Shown: piece after piece, positions 10,730-20,654 of the stretch
Position numbering within the stretch: position 1 is the stretch's first letter
Layout: each line of letters opens with the position of its first letter
Assembly: GCA_030537525.1 (NCBI GenBank)
Contig: JAUNVU010000001.1
Coordinates: 10,142 to 74,141 of the forward strand
Direction: 5' to 3'
Length of the DNA stretch: 64,000 bases
Origin: Eubacteriales bacterium
GTDB lineage: Bacteria > Bacillota > Clostridia > Saccharofermentanales > DTU023
Notes under the pieces: generated by a model
What the model saw: the letters and a program-made list of their open reading frames with translations, nothing else
What the model was told of the DNA's origin: nothing
Databases searched by the model: none
Position numbers and translations under genes: made by a program

Positions 10730-12088
10730 ATGCGTATTGAACGTGATTCTTTTGGTGAAATAGCAGTGGCCGAAGAGGTCTACTGGGGTGCGCAGACTCA
10801 GCGCAGTTTAGAAAATTTTAAAATCGGCGAGGGCAAGATGCCGATTGCCGTCATCTATGGGTTAGCAGAAGTCAAGGCGGCTTGTGCTAAGGTCAGCTGG
10901 CAACTAGGGCGACTCGATGAGGCTAGGGCCAAGGCGATTATTGGGGCTGCAGAGGAGATAACTAATGGGAAGTTAGATGACAACTTCCCTCTGAGAGTGT
11001 ACCAAACGGGCAGTGGCACACAGTCCAATATGAACGTCAACGAGGTGATAGCTCACCGGGCCAATGAACTATTGGGTGAGGATTTAGTCCATCCTAATGA
11101 CCATGTTAATCGTTCACAGAGTTCTAATGACACCTTCCCCACAGCCATGCACCTAGCCGCCTATAAGGCGATTAGAGAAGGGGTGCTGCCTGAACTCGGC
11201 GCCATGATAGAGGTGTTAGAACAACTCGTAGAACAGAATACGGAATATATAAAGATCGGTAGAACTCACTTGCAAGATGCCACGCCAATTAGTTTTGCTC
11301 AGGAGATCTCGGGTTGGCTAGGTATGATGCAGGCCAATTATCGCCAGCTATCTGAGAGTGTCAGTGAGCTGCTCGGCTTGGCGATAGGTGGCACGGCAGT
11401 TGGTACCGGCCTCAATGCGCCGGAGGGTTTCGGTGAGTTGGTAGCCAAGGAATTGGCCGAAAAGATAGGCTATCCGTTCTATTCAGCAGCCAATAAATTC
11501 CATGCTCTGAGTTCAAAGGATGCCTTGGTTTATGTACATGGTGCGCTTAAAAGTCTTGCGGCCAATGCCATGAAATTTGCCAACGATGTACGCTGGTTGG
11601 CCAGTGGTCCACGCTCTGGACTGGGTGAAATAACTATTCCAGCTAATGAGCCAGGCTCTTCAATTATGCCAGGCAAGATAAACCCTACTCAGGCTGAGGC
11701 CTTGACCATGGTCGCAGTGACAGTCATGGGTAACGATGCGGCAATCGGCATAGCAGCATCACAAGGTAATTTTGAGTTAAACGTCTTCATGCCAGTGATT
11801 ATTGATAAATTCTTAGAGTCGGCGACCCTCTTGAGTGCAGGTCTAGAATCTTTTAGACTCCACTGCGTAAGCGGTATTCGAGCCAATCCGGAGAGGATGG
11901 CAGAAAATTTAGAGCGCTCCCTAATGCTGGTTACAGCACTGGCACCTGAAATCGGCTATGAGCTTGCGGCAAAAGCCGCCAAATATGCTCATGAACACAA
12001 GCTTTCCCTTCTACAGGCTTGTCTTGAGCTGCAGCTGGTCAGCGAGGAAGAATTTAAGAAATTTGTTCGCCCCGAAGAGATGATCTGA
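10730..12088 (+). CDS. fumC: Class II fumarate hydratase
   Basis: YWGAQTQRSLENFKIG, TGSGTQSNMN and the signature GSSIMPGKINPTQAEA match the FumC type rather than the AspA type (YWGAQTQRS rather than YYGVHTLRA). ATG 10730 follows GGAGG. Confidence 0.88.
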   Translation: MRIERDSFGEIAVAEEVYWGAQTQRSLENFKIGEGKMPIAVIYGLAEVKAACAKVSWQLGRLDEARAKAIIGAAEEITNGKLDDNFPLRVYQTGSGTQSNMNVNEVIAHRANELLGEDLVHPNDHVNRSQSSNDTFPTAMHLAAYKAIREGVLPELGAMIEVLEQLVEQNTEYIKIGRTHLQDATPISFAQEISGWLGMMQANYRQLSESVSELLGLAIGGTAVGTGLNAPEGFGELVAKELAEKIGYPFYSAANKFHALSSKDALVYVHGALKSLAANAMKFANDVRWLASGPRSGLGEITIPANEPGSSIMPGKINPTQAEALTMVAVTVMGNDAAIGIAASQGNFELNVFMPVIIDKFLESATLLSAGLESFRLHCVSGIRANPERMAENLERSLMLVTALAPEIGYELAAKAAKYAHEHKLSLLQACLELQLVSEEEFKKFVRPEEMI

Positions 12089-12181
12089 TGTATCACAGGT
12101 ATCAATTTTTTAAATAAAGTTAGTCCAGGCTAATTTTTGTTTTAACATTTTCATTTAGAACAAACTAAATGGAGGTGTTAT

Positions 12182-13315
12182 GTGACCAAGCTTGTCATAT
12201 TTAAAGAGAAGGCGGGCGAAACCAGGGTCGCTCTGGTACCCGCTGATGTGCAAAAACTGCTTGGACTGGGTTATCAAATTTCAGTGGAGGCTGGCGCAGG
12301 AGAGCTGGCGTCCTTTAATGACGATTCCTATAGAAAAGTAGGGGCCGAAATAGTTGAAGGCGATGCTTTGCAACAGGCCAAGGCCTCTGCTGATGTGCTT
12401 GTGAGAATCCAGAAACCAAGTTTAGAAGATTTGGATGGCTTGAGGGAAGATGCCCTGCATCTCAGCTTCCTTGATCCATTCAAGGAAAAGGAATTGCTCC
12501 AGGCTTTTGCCAAGGGCCACATCAAAGCCGTCAGTTTGGAAATGATTCCCAGGACGACACTGGCGCAGAAGATGGATGTCTTGAGTTCGCAGACTTCGCT
12601 GGCAGGTTATGCTGCAGTTATTCTCGCAGCTTCTAAAATGCCACAGATCTTCCCCATGATGATGACGCCTTCTGGCAATATCAGTCCCGTGCGAGTTTTC
12701 GTCATCGGTGTCGGTGTAGCTGGCCTACAAGTTATTGCTACGGCCAAGCGGCTCGGGGCGCGGGTTGAGGCCTTCGACACGAGGGTCGCCGTGGAAGAAC
12801 AGGTCAAGTCTCTGGGTGCCAGATTCTTGAAGATTGATCTAGGGGAGGACGCAGAGGATGCCAAAGGTTATGCTTCTGAACTGACTCCCGAGCAAATCAA
12901 AAAGCAGCAAGATGCTCAGGCCAAGGTCTGTGCGAAATCTGATTTAGTTATCACAACAGCCAAGGTATTTGGACGCCAGGCGCCGATTCTATTGACCGAG
13001 GAAATGCTTGCGGCAATGAAGCCTGGCTCCCTGGTCATTGATATGGCAGTAGCTACTGGTGGCAATGTTGTCGGCAGCGATCCCGAGCGTGAAATAATAA
13101 CTGAAAATGGCGTCAGAATCATTGGTGCTGACCAATTAGAACGTCTAGTGCCACTTGATGCCTCAAATATGTTCTCGGGTAATATCAGGGCCTTCCTTGA
13201 ACATTTCACCGATTCTGAAACCAAGGAATTGCAATTGCCCCTGGACGAGAAGATACTCCGCGAGTGTCTGATTACCACGGGTGGTGAAATTGTGCACGAG
13301 CGCTTTAAGAACTAA
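12182..13315 (+). CDS. pntAA: NAD(P) transhydrogenase subunit alpha, part 1 (dI)
   Basis: Alanine-dehydrogenase/PNT fold with VFVIGVGVAGLQVIATAKRLGA. The GTG start follows GGAGGTG. It is followed by pntAB and pntB. Confidence 0.88.
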   Translation: MTKLVIFKEKAGETRVALVPADVQKLLGLGYQISVEAGAGELASFNDDSYRKVGAEIVEGDALQQAKASADVLVRIQKPSLEDLDGLREDALHLSFLDPFKEKELLQAFAKGHIKAVSLEMIPRTTLAQKMDVLSSQTSLAGYAAVILAASKMPQIFPMMMTPSGNISPVRVFVIGVGVAGLQVIATAKRLGARVEAFDTRVAVEEQVKSLGARFLKIDLGEDAEDAKGYASELTPEQIKKQQDAQAKVCAKSDLVITTAKVFGRQAPILLTEEMLAAMKPGSLVIDMAVATGGNVVGSDPEREIITENGVRIIGADQLERLVPLDASNMFSGNIRAFLEHFTDSETKELQLPLDEKILRECLITTGGEIVHERFKN

Positions 13316-13326
13316 AGGAGGTCTCC

Positions 13327-13617
13327 ATGTTATTACTATTACTATTTATCTTCGTCTTGGCAGCCTTCCTTGGCCTCGAGCTGATTTCGAAGGTTCCCTC
13401 GCAACTGCATACTCCATTGATGTCCGCGACTAATGCTATCTCGGGGATTACTGTAGTCGGTGCTCTAGTGGCCTGTGCCAGTCAAGAACCTGGCTCTGTC
13501 GGCATGATCATTGCTTTTATCGCCATCATCTTGGCCAGTATCAATGTTGTCGGGGGTTATATGGTCACCGATCGGATGCTCGAGATGTTCAAGCAGAATA
13601 AGGAGGATAGACAATAA
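13327..13617 (+). CDS. pntAB: NAD(P) transhydrogenase subunit alpha, part 2 (membrane)
   Basis: 96 aa with 3 TM segments, including ...SATNAISGITVVGAL.... It lies between pntAA and pntB. RBS is AAGGAGG. Confidence 0.85.
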   Translation: MLLLLLFIFVLAAFLGLELISKVPSQLHTPLMSATNAISGITVVGALVACASQEPGSVGMIIAFIAIILASINVVGGYMVTDRMLEMFKQNKEDRQ

Positions 13618-15047
13618 TGACTCAGACATATGTAGATATTGCTTATATTGTCGCCTGCGTCTTCTTCATTCTGGGGATCAAGAAACTTGGTCGTTCACGC
13701 ACAGCTAGACAGGGTAATCTCTTCTCGATGATTGGTATGAGCATAGCCGTGGTGGCAGTGTTCTTTGAATCCTCGTTTATGGATTCTTGGTCGCCAAGAT
13801 TTCTAAATAACGGTTACTTCTACGCCGTACTGGCACTTGCCATCGGTAGTTTGCTTGGAACTATATGGGCGAAGCGGGTCCAGATGATCGATATGCCACA
13901 GTTAGTAGCTCTGTTCAATGGTTTTGGTGGTCTATCCTCGCTTCTCGTCGCCTTGGCAGAATTTAGTAAATACTATGCCCAACAGAGTTTTACCACAGCT
14001 AACAAACTGAGCTCAATCGCTCTCGGTCTCACAATAATCATCGGTGCGGTTACCTTTACTGGTTCAGTGCTCGCCTGGGCTAAGCTCGCAGGCAGAATGA
14101 ATGGCAAGGCCATACGCTGGCCTGGCCAAAATTTGATGAACTTCGTATTGCTGGTCCTGGCGCTAGGTGCTACTGCGGTCTATGTCCTACCAGATTTTGC
14201 TGCTAATTTGAAGTTGCTGGCAATTGTTGGTTCGGCAATAATCTCTTTGCTATTGGGTGTGACCTTCGTCATTGCCATCGGTGGTGGCGACATGCCAATT
14301 ATCATCTCCTTACTCAATAGCTTTTCGGGTCTGGCCGCCTCAATGGCTGGCTTTGCGATCGATAATAATGTCTTAGTAGTTGCGGGCTGTCTAGTCGGGG
14401 CTTCTGGTATTATCTTGACGATCATCATGTGTAAGGCGATGAACAAGGCTCTATTCTCACTCTTATTTGCCAAGTACAAGGCTGGCAAGAAGAGTGATGG
14501 TGACTATGTCGAACCGAAGTCTCTAAGTGTGGAAGATGCTTTTCCAATTCTCGAAGCTGCCCAGTCTGTCGTGTTCATTCCAGGTTATGGTATGGCGGTG
14601 GCACAGGCTCAACACGTAGTCAAGGAGTTGGCACAGAAGCTTGAAGATAACGGTTGTGAAGTATCCTATGTCATCCATCCAGTTGCTGGTAGAATGCCAG
14701 GGCATATGAATGTCCTCTTAGCTGAGGCCGATATAGATTATGATCAGCTGCTGACCATGGAGGAAATGAATCCCCTGATGGGCCAGCAGGATCTAGCGAT
14801 TATCATTGGTGCCAATGACGTCGTCAATCCCGTTGCCGAGGATGATCCAGACTCGCCAATATATGGCATGCCAATCATTCAGGCGTATAAGGCCAATACT
14901 GTCTTCGTATTAAAGCGCGGTCAGGGAATGGGCTACTCTGGATTAGAGAACACTCTCTTTACTAAAGATAACACTGTCATGATCTATGGCGATGCGAAAT
15001 CGACGATTTCAGCCTTCGTTAAAGAATTTCAGGATCTCGCAGACTAG
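13617..15047 (+). CDS. pntB: NAD(P) transhydrogenase subunit beta
   Basis: 476 aa with an N-terminal TM domain and a C-terminal dIII domain (PGYGMAVAQAQH, HPVAGRMPGHMNVLLAEA, GANDVVNP). The start overlaps the pntAB stop (TAATGA). Confidence 0.9.
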   Translation: MTQTYVDIAYIVACVFFILGIKKLGRSRTARQGNLFSMIGMSIAVVAVFFESSFMDSWSPRFLNNGYFYAVLALAIGSLLGTIWAKRVQMIDMPQLVALFNGFGGLSSLLVALAEFSKYYAQQSFTTANKLSSIALGLTIIIGAVTFTGSVLAWAKLAGRMNGKAIRWPGQNLMNFVLLVLALGATAVYVLPDFAANLKLLAIVGSAIISLLLGVTFVIAIGGGDMPIIISLLNSFSGLAASMAGFAIDNNVLVVAGCLVGASGIILTIIMCKAMNKALFSLLFAKYKAGKKSDGDYVEPKSLSVEDAFPILEAAQSVVFIPGYGMAVAQAQHVVKELAQKLEDNGCEVSYVIHPVAGRMPGHMNVLLAEADIDYDQLLTMEEMNPLMGQQDLAIIIGANDVVNPVAEDDPDSPIYGMPIIQAYKANTVFVLKRGQGMGYSGLENTLFTKDNTVMIYGDAKSTISAFVKEFQDLAD

Positions 15048-15067
15048 CTAATGAGCAGAAGTTACCA

Positions 15068-15097
15068 ATGGCCGCCCTTTAGTGGGCGGCCATTTTT
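15068..15097 (+). terminator. Intrinsic terminator of the pnt operon
   Basis: Stem ATGGCCGCCC (15068-15077) / GGGCGGCCAT (15084-15093), followed by TTTTT. Confidence 0.85.
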
Positions 15098-15135
15098 AAT
15101 GCTAGAATAGGTGGCAAAACTTGCTGGAGGTTGCC

Positions 15136-16506
15136 GTGCAGAAAGATACCAATAGGCTGGGCATTGACCCACTGAATAAATTGATTTATGAGCTGGCCAT
15201 GCCAGCTATTTTCGCGCAGTTTATCAATCTTCTGTATAACATTATAGATAGGATCTATATAGCGAGAATTCCAGAAACTGGGTCACTGGCACTTAGTGGT
15301 CTAGGAATTGCGTCGCCGTTGATTTTAATTGTTTCGGCTTTTGCCGCATTTTCTAGTTATGGTGGTGCGGCCTTGACTTCACTGAGTCTAGGCGCTGGAG
15401 AGCAGGCTAGGGCGGAGCGTTTGATCAATTCCAACGCTGTGTTTAGTTTCGGCATAGGTATTCTTGCCATGGTGCTCGTCCAAGTTTTCATGCGGCCTCT
15501 TCTCATTTTCTTCGGTGCTAATTCCAGCAATTTTATCTTTGCTGAATCCTACCTACGAGTCTATTTACTGGCCTCGCCATTTGTTATCGCAGGTTTGGCA
15601 TTAAATGCGTTTATTGCAGCGCAAGGGGAATCGAAGATCGCTATGCGAACTGTGCTTATTGGTGCTGTCACTAATATAGTTTTGGATCCGATATTCATCT
15701 TTGTCTTGAAACTTGGGGTAAAGGGTGCGGCAATTGCCACAGTGATAGCACAGATCGTGAGTTTTGTCTCTGTCTTGCTTTTCTTGCGGGCCCCGACAAG
15801 TAAATTACGCCTAACTGGTTTCGAGTTTTCCTTGCGCCTGATTGTCGATAGTTGCAAATTGGGCGTTACAGGCTTCATCATGATTGCTACAGAGTCGGCG
15901 ATTATCACTGTCTTCAACCGTCTCCTCGGGCTCTATGGTGGTGACTTGCATCTTGCAAATATGGTAATTTTGCAGAGTGTTATGCAGACCCTCTTCATTC
16001 CCATGAATGGTTATGTAGCTGGTGTCCAACCTCTGCTTGGTTTCAACTATGGAGCCAAGAAAGTGGATAGAGTAAAAAAGATATTGACCAAGTCTTTATT
16101 GATCTTGTTTATCTATAGTTTCAGCCTGGCCCTCTTGGCGATCTTTCTGCCAGCTTTGTTTGGCAGGGTTTTTACAAGAGAGGCTGCCTTGCTGTCTCTA
16201 GTCAAGCAATACCTGCCAATTTTCATTTTCGGAATGACTATTTTCTCGTTACAGGAAGTGGCTCAGATGTTTTTTGTCGCTACTAATCAGGCGTTGAAGT
16301 CAGTGTTTTTGGCCTTGCTGAGGAAGGTCATACTATTGATCCCTTTAGCAATTTTCTTGAGTGCAAGAATGGGCGTATTGGGAGTGTATTTGGCTGAGGG
16401 TATTGCAGATGCCTGTTCGGCCACAGTAGCTGGTATTTTATTTCTTATGGCGTATCGGAAGCTTGACAAGAAAATGGAGAGAAGGAGTGAGTCTTGCCAC
16501 AGTTAG
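15136..16506 (+). CDS. MATE family efflux transporter
   Basis: 12-TM protein with a typical MATE N-terminus (LIYELAMPAIFAQFINLLYNIIDRIYI). GTG 15136 lies 6 nt after GGAGG. The ORF track start TTG 15121 is also possible. Confidence 0.8.
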   Translation: MQKDTNRLGIDPLNKLIYELAMPAIFAQFINLLYNIIDRIYIARIPETGSLALSGLGIASPLILIVSAFAAFSSYGGAALTSLSLGAGEQARAERLINSNAVFSFGIGILAMVLVQVFMRPLLIFFGANSSNFIFAESYLRVYLLASPFVIAGLALNAFIAAQGESKIAMRTVLIGAVTNIVLDPIFIFVLKLGVKGAAIATVIAQIVSFVSVLLFLRAPTSKLRLTGFEFSLRLIVDSCKLGVTGFIMIATESAIITVFNRLLGLYGGDLHLANMVILQSVMQTLFIPMNGYVAGVQPLLGFNYGAKKVDRVKKILTKSLLILFIYSFSLALLAIFLPALFGRVFTREAALLSLVKQYLPIFIFGMTIFSLQEVAQMFFVATNQALKSVFLALLRKVILLIPLAIFLSARMGVLGVYLAEGIADACSATVAGILFLMAYRKLDKKMERRSESCHS

Positions 16507-17918
16507 TATCAATACTTGCCTTACTTGTATACTTTGTAATCTTAATTTACCTTGGCTTCAAAGACCGCCAAGCTAAGAGCAGCTCAGATTATTTTTTTGC
16601 AGGACAGAAATTGCCATTTTGGGCGCTGTCAATAACTTTCATTGCTTCCTGGTGGGGTGCAGGTTCCGCATTGTCATCAGCAGATCTAGCCTTCGCCGAA
16701 GGTCTTGGTGCATTTTGGTACTACGGTGTGCCCGTACTACTCTCGTCTCTAATGATCTTCCTGTTATCTGGTGCTATAAGACGTCTGCCATACAAAACTC
16801 AAGGGGAGATGATGGAGGCTCGCTATTCGCCATTAATAGGGAGATTGATCTCTTGGTTTATCTTGCTATTTATGACTTTCGCAGCTGCTTCACAAGTGGT
16901 TGGTGTGGGCAAGTTTTTCTCGGATTATCTAAATATCTCCTATGAGGCAGCGGCCATTATTGGTACTTCTATCGTGGTATGCTACTCCCTATTTGGCGGT
17001 TTTCGTGGCGTGGTTCTCACGGACATTATTCAATTTGTCCTCTTACTGCTGTCCGCCTTAATCGTTTTCTTTGCTGCCTGGAAACATGCGCCTGGCTTGG
17101 GTGAAATTGCAGAAATTGCTGCCAGGCGTGGCAATGCTGATTATTTGGCCTTTTTCTCTCGCTGGCAGGACTATGTAGCTTATGTGCTTAGTTTTTCTCT
17201 TGCCTGGGCAGTTCAAGCCAATATCTGGCAGCGAGTAACAGCTGCAAAATCTGTAAGGGATGCAAGACTCATGAGCTTCTTGAGCTTCATTTTATTTATC
17301 CCGCTGTACCTTATTGTGGTTTGGACTGGTATCTTTGCTATTGCAAGTTACAGCGAAGTGCCAGTAGCAGGAATAATTCCTGCTCTAGTCAGCAATCAAC
17401 TGTCACCTGTATTGGCAAGCCTAGTTTTCGTTGGTATTTCTGCTGCTATTATGTCCACAATGGACTCCTTGATCAATACAGGAGCTCTCAGCCTGACTGT
17501 GGATCTATGGCAAAAGCATGGTAATGCTGCGGTCAGAAGCTCTCGACTGGCAACGGCCTTGGTTAGCGGAGTCGCCCTGCTAATTGGCCTAAAGATACGC
17601 AGCATTCTGGAAATCACTTGGATCGCTTCAGACTTTATCACTACAGGTACATTGATTCCTTTGGTCATGGGTTTTGTCTGGCGTCGAGGCAATAGTAAGG
17701 GCGCCTTAGCTTCAATTATCGTCGGTTTCTTATACACAATATTTCACCTAGCCGTGAGTCTTGGCATGCCGATAGACTTACCTTATGAGCTACATTCAGC
17801 TGGACAGATTGGACTTGGCCTAGCGATATCTCTAACGACCTATATATTATTTAGTCTGCTCACGCCAGCAGAGTATGAGCGTGCTGATGCATTTATTAAA
17901 TTTACCATGAAAAAATGA
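16494..17918 (+). CDS. Sodium:solute symporter (SSS) family transporter
   Basis: 474 aa polytopic protein with an SSS-like N-terminus (DYFFAGQKLPFWALSITFIASWWGAGS). TTG 16494 follows GAAGGAG and overlaps the MATE gene end by 13 nt. Confidence 0.75.
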   Translation: MPQLVSILALLVYFVILIYLGFKDRQAKSSSDYFFAGQKLPFWALSITFIASWWGAGSALSSADLAFAEGLGAFWYYGVPVLLSSLMIFLLSGAIRRLPYKTQGEMMEARYSPLIGRLISWFILLFMTFAAASQVVGVGKFFSDYLNISYEAAAIIGTSIVVCYSLFGGFRGVVLTDIIQFVLLLLSALIVFFAAWKHAPGLGEIAEIAARRGNADYLAFFSRWQDYVAYVLSFSLAWAVQANIWQRVTAAKSVRDARLMSFLSFILFIPLYLIVVWTGIFAIASYSEVPVAGIIPALVSNQLSPVLASLVFVGISAAIMSTMDSLINTGALSLTVDLWQKHGNAAVRSSRLATALVSGVALLIGLKIRSILEITWIASDFITTGTLIPLVMGFVWRRGNSKGALASIIVGFLYTIFHLAVSLGMPIDLPYELHSAGQIGLGLAISLTTYILFSLLTPAEYERADAFIKFTMKK

Positions 17919-18031
17919 GATAAATGAGAATGATTCTAAATTGCATAATTAGGAAATTTTGAATAATACGAAGATGAATATAGTATTCAATTTCTATTAT
18001 TCATAAAATGTATAAAACAAGGAATATAGTC

Positions 18032-19020
18032 ATGAAAATTGTATATTTTTCCTTAAGAGATGAGGACCTTCCTGCTCTTAACGAATATCGAAAAAACATC
18101 CAGAGATTGAGATAGAAACGCAGAGGCAGATCCTTTCCGAGGCCAATATGGATGTTCTCGATGCTGCTGATGGCGTTGCGGTAGCTCAAGGAGGCTTCTC
18201 TGAAGCAGTATACGCAGGTCTGAAGAAATCTAGTGTGAGATTTATAGTGACGCGATCTGCGGGCTATGAGAATTACGACTTGGAAAAACTCAGATCCTCT
18301 GGTATTCGCTTCTGCAATGTGCCGAGCTATTCACCTACTTCAATTGCTGAATTTGCTTTCGCCACAGCGCTTGCCATTAATCGTCGAATTCCCCAATTTG
18401 CAAGGCGGGCCAGGGAAGGAGACTTTCGTTAAAATCCAGAGCTAAAAGCCATGCAGATGAAGGATAAGGTGGTTGGTATTGCTGGCATGGGTAGGATTGG
18501 GAAGGCGACAGCTAAACTCTTTAAGGCTATAGGGGCTAGGGTTATAGGCTATGACCACAAGCCTTCGCCTGAGGAGCAAGAGCAAATAGAATACAGTTCA
18601 GATTTTAAGAGCTTCCTCAGTCAAGTTGATGTTCTTTCACTGCATATGCCTGCTACTGCAGATAATTATCACATTTTAAATGCACAGAGCTTAGCCTATC
18701 TTCCCAGAGGGGCGATTATCATCAATACCGCACGCGGCAGTCTCATAGACACAACAGCTCTTTTGGCTGCCTTGGATACAGGAGCGCTGGCAGGCGTGGC
18801 TATGGACTGTTATGAGGCAGAAGATGCAATTATCAACAAGCAGATAGATTTGGGCAATATAGATAAAAAAATGAAGCGAATTTTGGCTAATGAGAAGATT
18901 TTGTATACGCCACACATAGCTTACTATACAGACGAGGCAGTTAGGGCTCTAGTATTAAATGCACTGGATTCCATAGTTTGTCTATATGAAGCTGGAGAAA
19001 CGGAGGCTGAGCTTAGATAA
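18032..19020 (+). pseudogene. Disrupted D-isomer-specific 2-hydroxyacid dehydrogenase (LdhA-like)
   Basis: ATG 18032 gives MKIVYFSLRDEDLPALNEYRK, then TAG at 18113. Homology continues in another frame from the A6 run at 18091-18096 (KHPEIEIETQ...IVTRSAGYENYDL...NVPSYSPTSIAEFAF). An in-frame TAA at 18430-18432 then separates this from the intact NAD domain (VGIAGMGRIGKA ... TPHIAYYT). Confidence 0.8.
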
Positions 19021-19264
19021 AAGAGATAAAAGAATTTTTAAAAAACGGAGTATACCGAATTATTTCTGCATATAATAAATTATTATTGCGTTAACCAGAG
19101 TGCAAAAAATTATAATTCTTACTTGTAATTTATTCATGTTTCAGATATATTTCACTTGAGCAATGAATATAAAAGCCTAATAAATGCAAATATTCATTCG
19201 CTGATTTTATCACTATTACGCTTTGAGTTAAGACTCGAGGCTGACTGCAAGAAAGGAAGCAGAC

Positions 19265-20014
19265 ATGAATTTCAATAAGAAGTACGACGTAGTTGACCTA
19301 ACCCAGGAGATTTACCAGGGTATGCCAGTCTTCGGTATGCACCAGAAGACTTTCATTATGCTCAACCAGACTCACGAACAGAACATGAAAAATACCGGTT
19401 CACCAACTCTTGGTTTCTCAGCCAGAAACCTCTTAATTAGTGAGCACGGTCCAACCCACACCGACGCCATCTGGGAATACCTCCCAACCGGCAGAACAAT
19501 CGAAGAGATGGAATTCGAATATTTCTTCGGCGATGCCATCTGTGTTGACGTCTCACACGTACGTTACCCAGACTATATCGAGATCGATGACATTAAGGGT
19601 GCTTTAGAGAAGGCCAACCTCGAAATTAAAAAAGGTGACATCGTTCTGATGTACACTGGCCACTATGAGAGAACTCACCCCATGCTGCATTCCGACGACG
19701 ACATGATCGATCCACTGAACTACGGTGGTATCAACTCCAAGCATACAGGTGTTCGCTATGAGACCGTTAAGTGGATGGCCGAGCAGGGCGCAATCAATAT
19801 CGGTATTGATGCTCCAGCAATTGACCAAACACCAGACGACTTAACCTTTGGTGGTCACTTAGCCTGTGGTGAAGAAGATATCACCAACACCGAGAACCTC
19901 TGCAACCTCGACAAGGTAGCTGGCAAGCGCTTCATCTACATTGGTCTACCACTGAAGATCCGCAAGGGCTCAGGTTCACCAGTTAGAGCAATCGCACTAG
20001 TCGACAAAGAGTAA
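19265..20014 (+). CDS. Cyclase family protein (kynurenine-formamidase-like fold)
   Basis: 249 aa. VVDLTQEIYQGMPVF and the metal-site-like motif EHGPTHTDA are typical of the putative-cyclase family. RBS is AAGGAAG. Confidence 0.65.
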   Translation: MNFNKKYDVVDLTQEIYQGMPVFGMHQKTFIMLNQTHEQNMKNTGSPTLGFSARNLLISEHGPTHTDAIWEYLPTGRTIEEMEFEYFFGDAICVDVSHVRYPDYIEIDDIKGALEKANLEIKKGDIVLMYTGHYERTHPMLHSDDDMIDPLNYGGINSKHTGVRYETVKWMAEQGAINIGIDAPAIDQTPDDLTFGGHLACGEEDITNTENLCNLDKVAGKRFIYIGLPLKIRKGSGSPVRAIALVDKE

Positions 20015-20065
20015 TAGTCAAAACTGAGCCCTCTTTTCGAGGGCTCTTTTTTATAGGAGTAACTT

Positions 20066-20572
20066 ATGAAGAAGTATTTAGCAATGTCACTATCCATCGG
20101 TATCGTAGCTGGTCTCTGGTTCTTTACCGCTTCGAAACTTAATTTGATGCCCTGGCCTGCATACATTGGTTGGTCAGTATTCTTCTGGGAAGGCGCCAAC
20201 TTTGAAGCAGTTAAGCGTGGCTTCCCCGCAATCGTTCTTGGAGCCGTTCTTGGTTTCATTACCTTCTACTGCATCGGTCTACTGCCCGATTTGAATACGG
20301 TCAATTTGATCTTTGCATCACTGATGGTTTGCCTCTTGGCATTCACCATGGCTTTTGCCCAGAACATCAAGATCTTCCAGGTCGCCTCGGCAACCTTTAT
20401 CGGTGCAAGCCATTATTTTGCACTGCGTGGCCACGCGGTCTATCTAGATGACCCCCTAATGGCTTTCTTAACTGCAGCCTTTGTAACCTCTATAGGTTTA
20501 ATCCTCGGTGTCATCTCTGTCTGGCTCGGCGGCGTGATCAATAAAACAGTCGTCAAGTACGAAGACTATTAA
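20066..20572 (+). CDS. DUF1097 (YcdZ-like) membrane protein
   Basis: 168 aa with 4-5 TM segments. The resemblance to E. coli YcdZ (size, the ATFIGA block) is recalled from memory, not searched. Confidence 0.5.
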   Translation: MKKYLAMSLSIGIVAGLWFFTASKLNLMPWPAYIGWSVFFWEGANFEAVKRGFPAIVLGAVLGFITFYCIGLLPDLNTVNLIFASLMVCLLAFTMAFAQNIKIFQVASATFIGASHYFALRGHAVYLDDPLMAFLTAAFVTSIGLILGVISVWLGGVINKTVVKYEDY

Positions 20573-20614
20573 ATAAAAAAAGAAGCTGCAATTCACAGCT
20601 CCTAAATTTTGTTT

Positions 20615-20640
20615 AGCCGACGTGGTTTCCCACGTCGGCT
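20615..20640. terminator. Hairpin between convergent genes (probable terminator)
   Basis: 11-bp stem AGCCGACGTGG (20615-20625) / CCACGTCGGCT (20630-20640). The flanking T/A tracts are weak. Confidence 0.55.
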
Positions 20641-20654
20641 TCTATATGTCCGTA

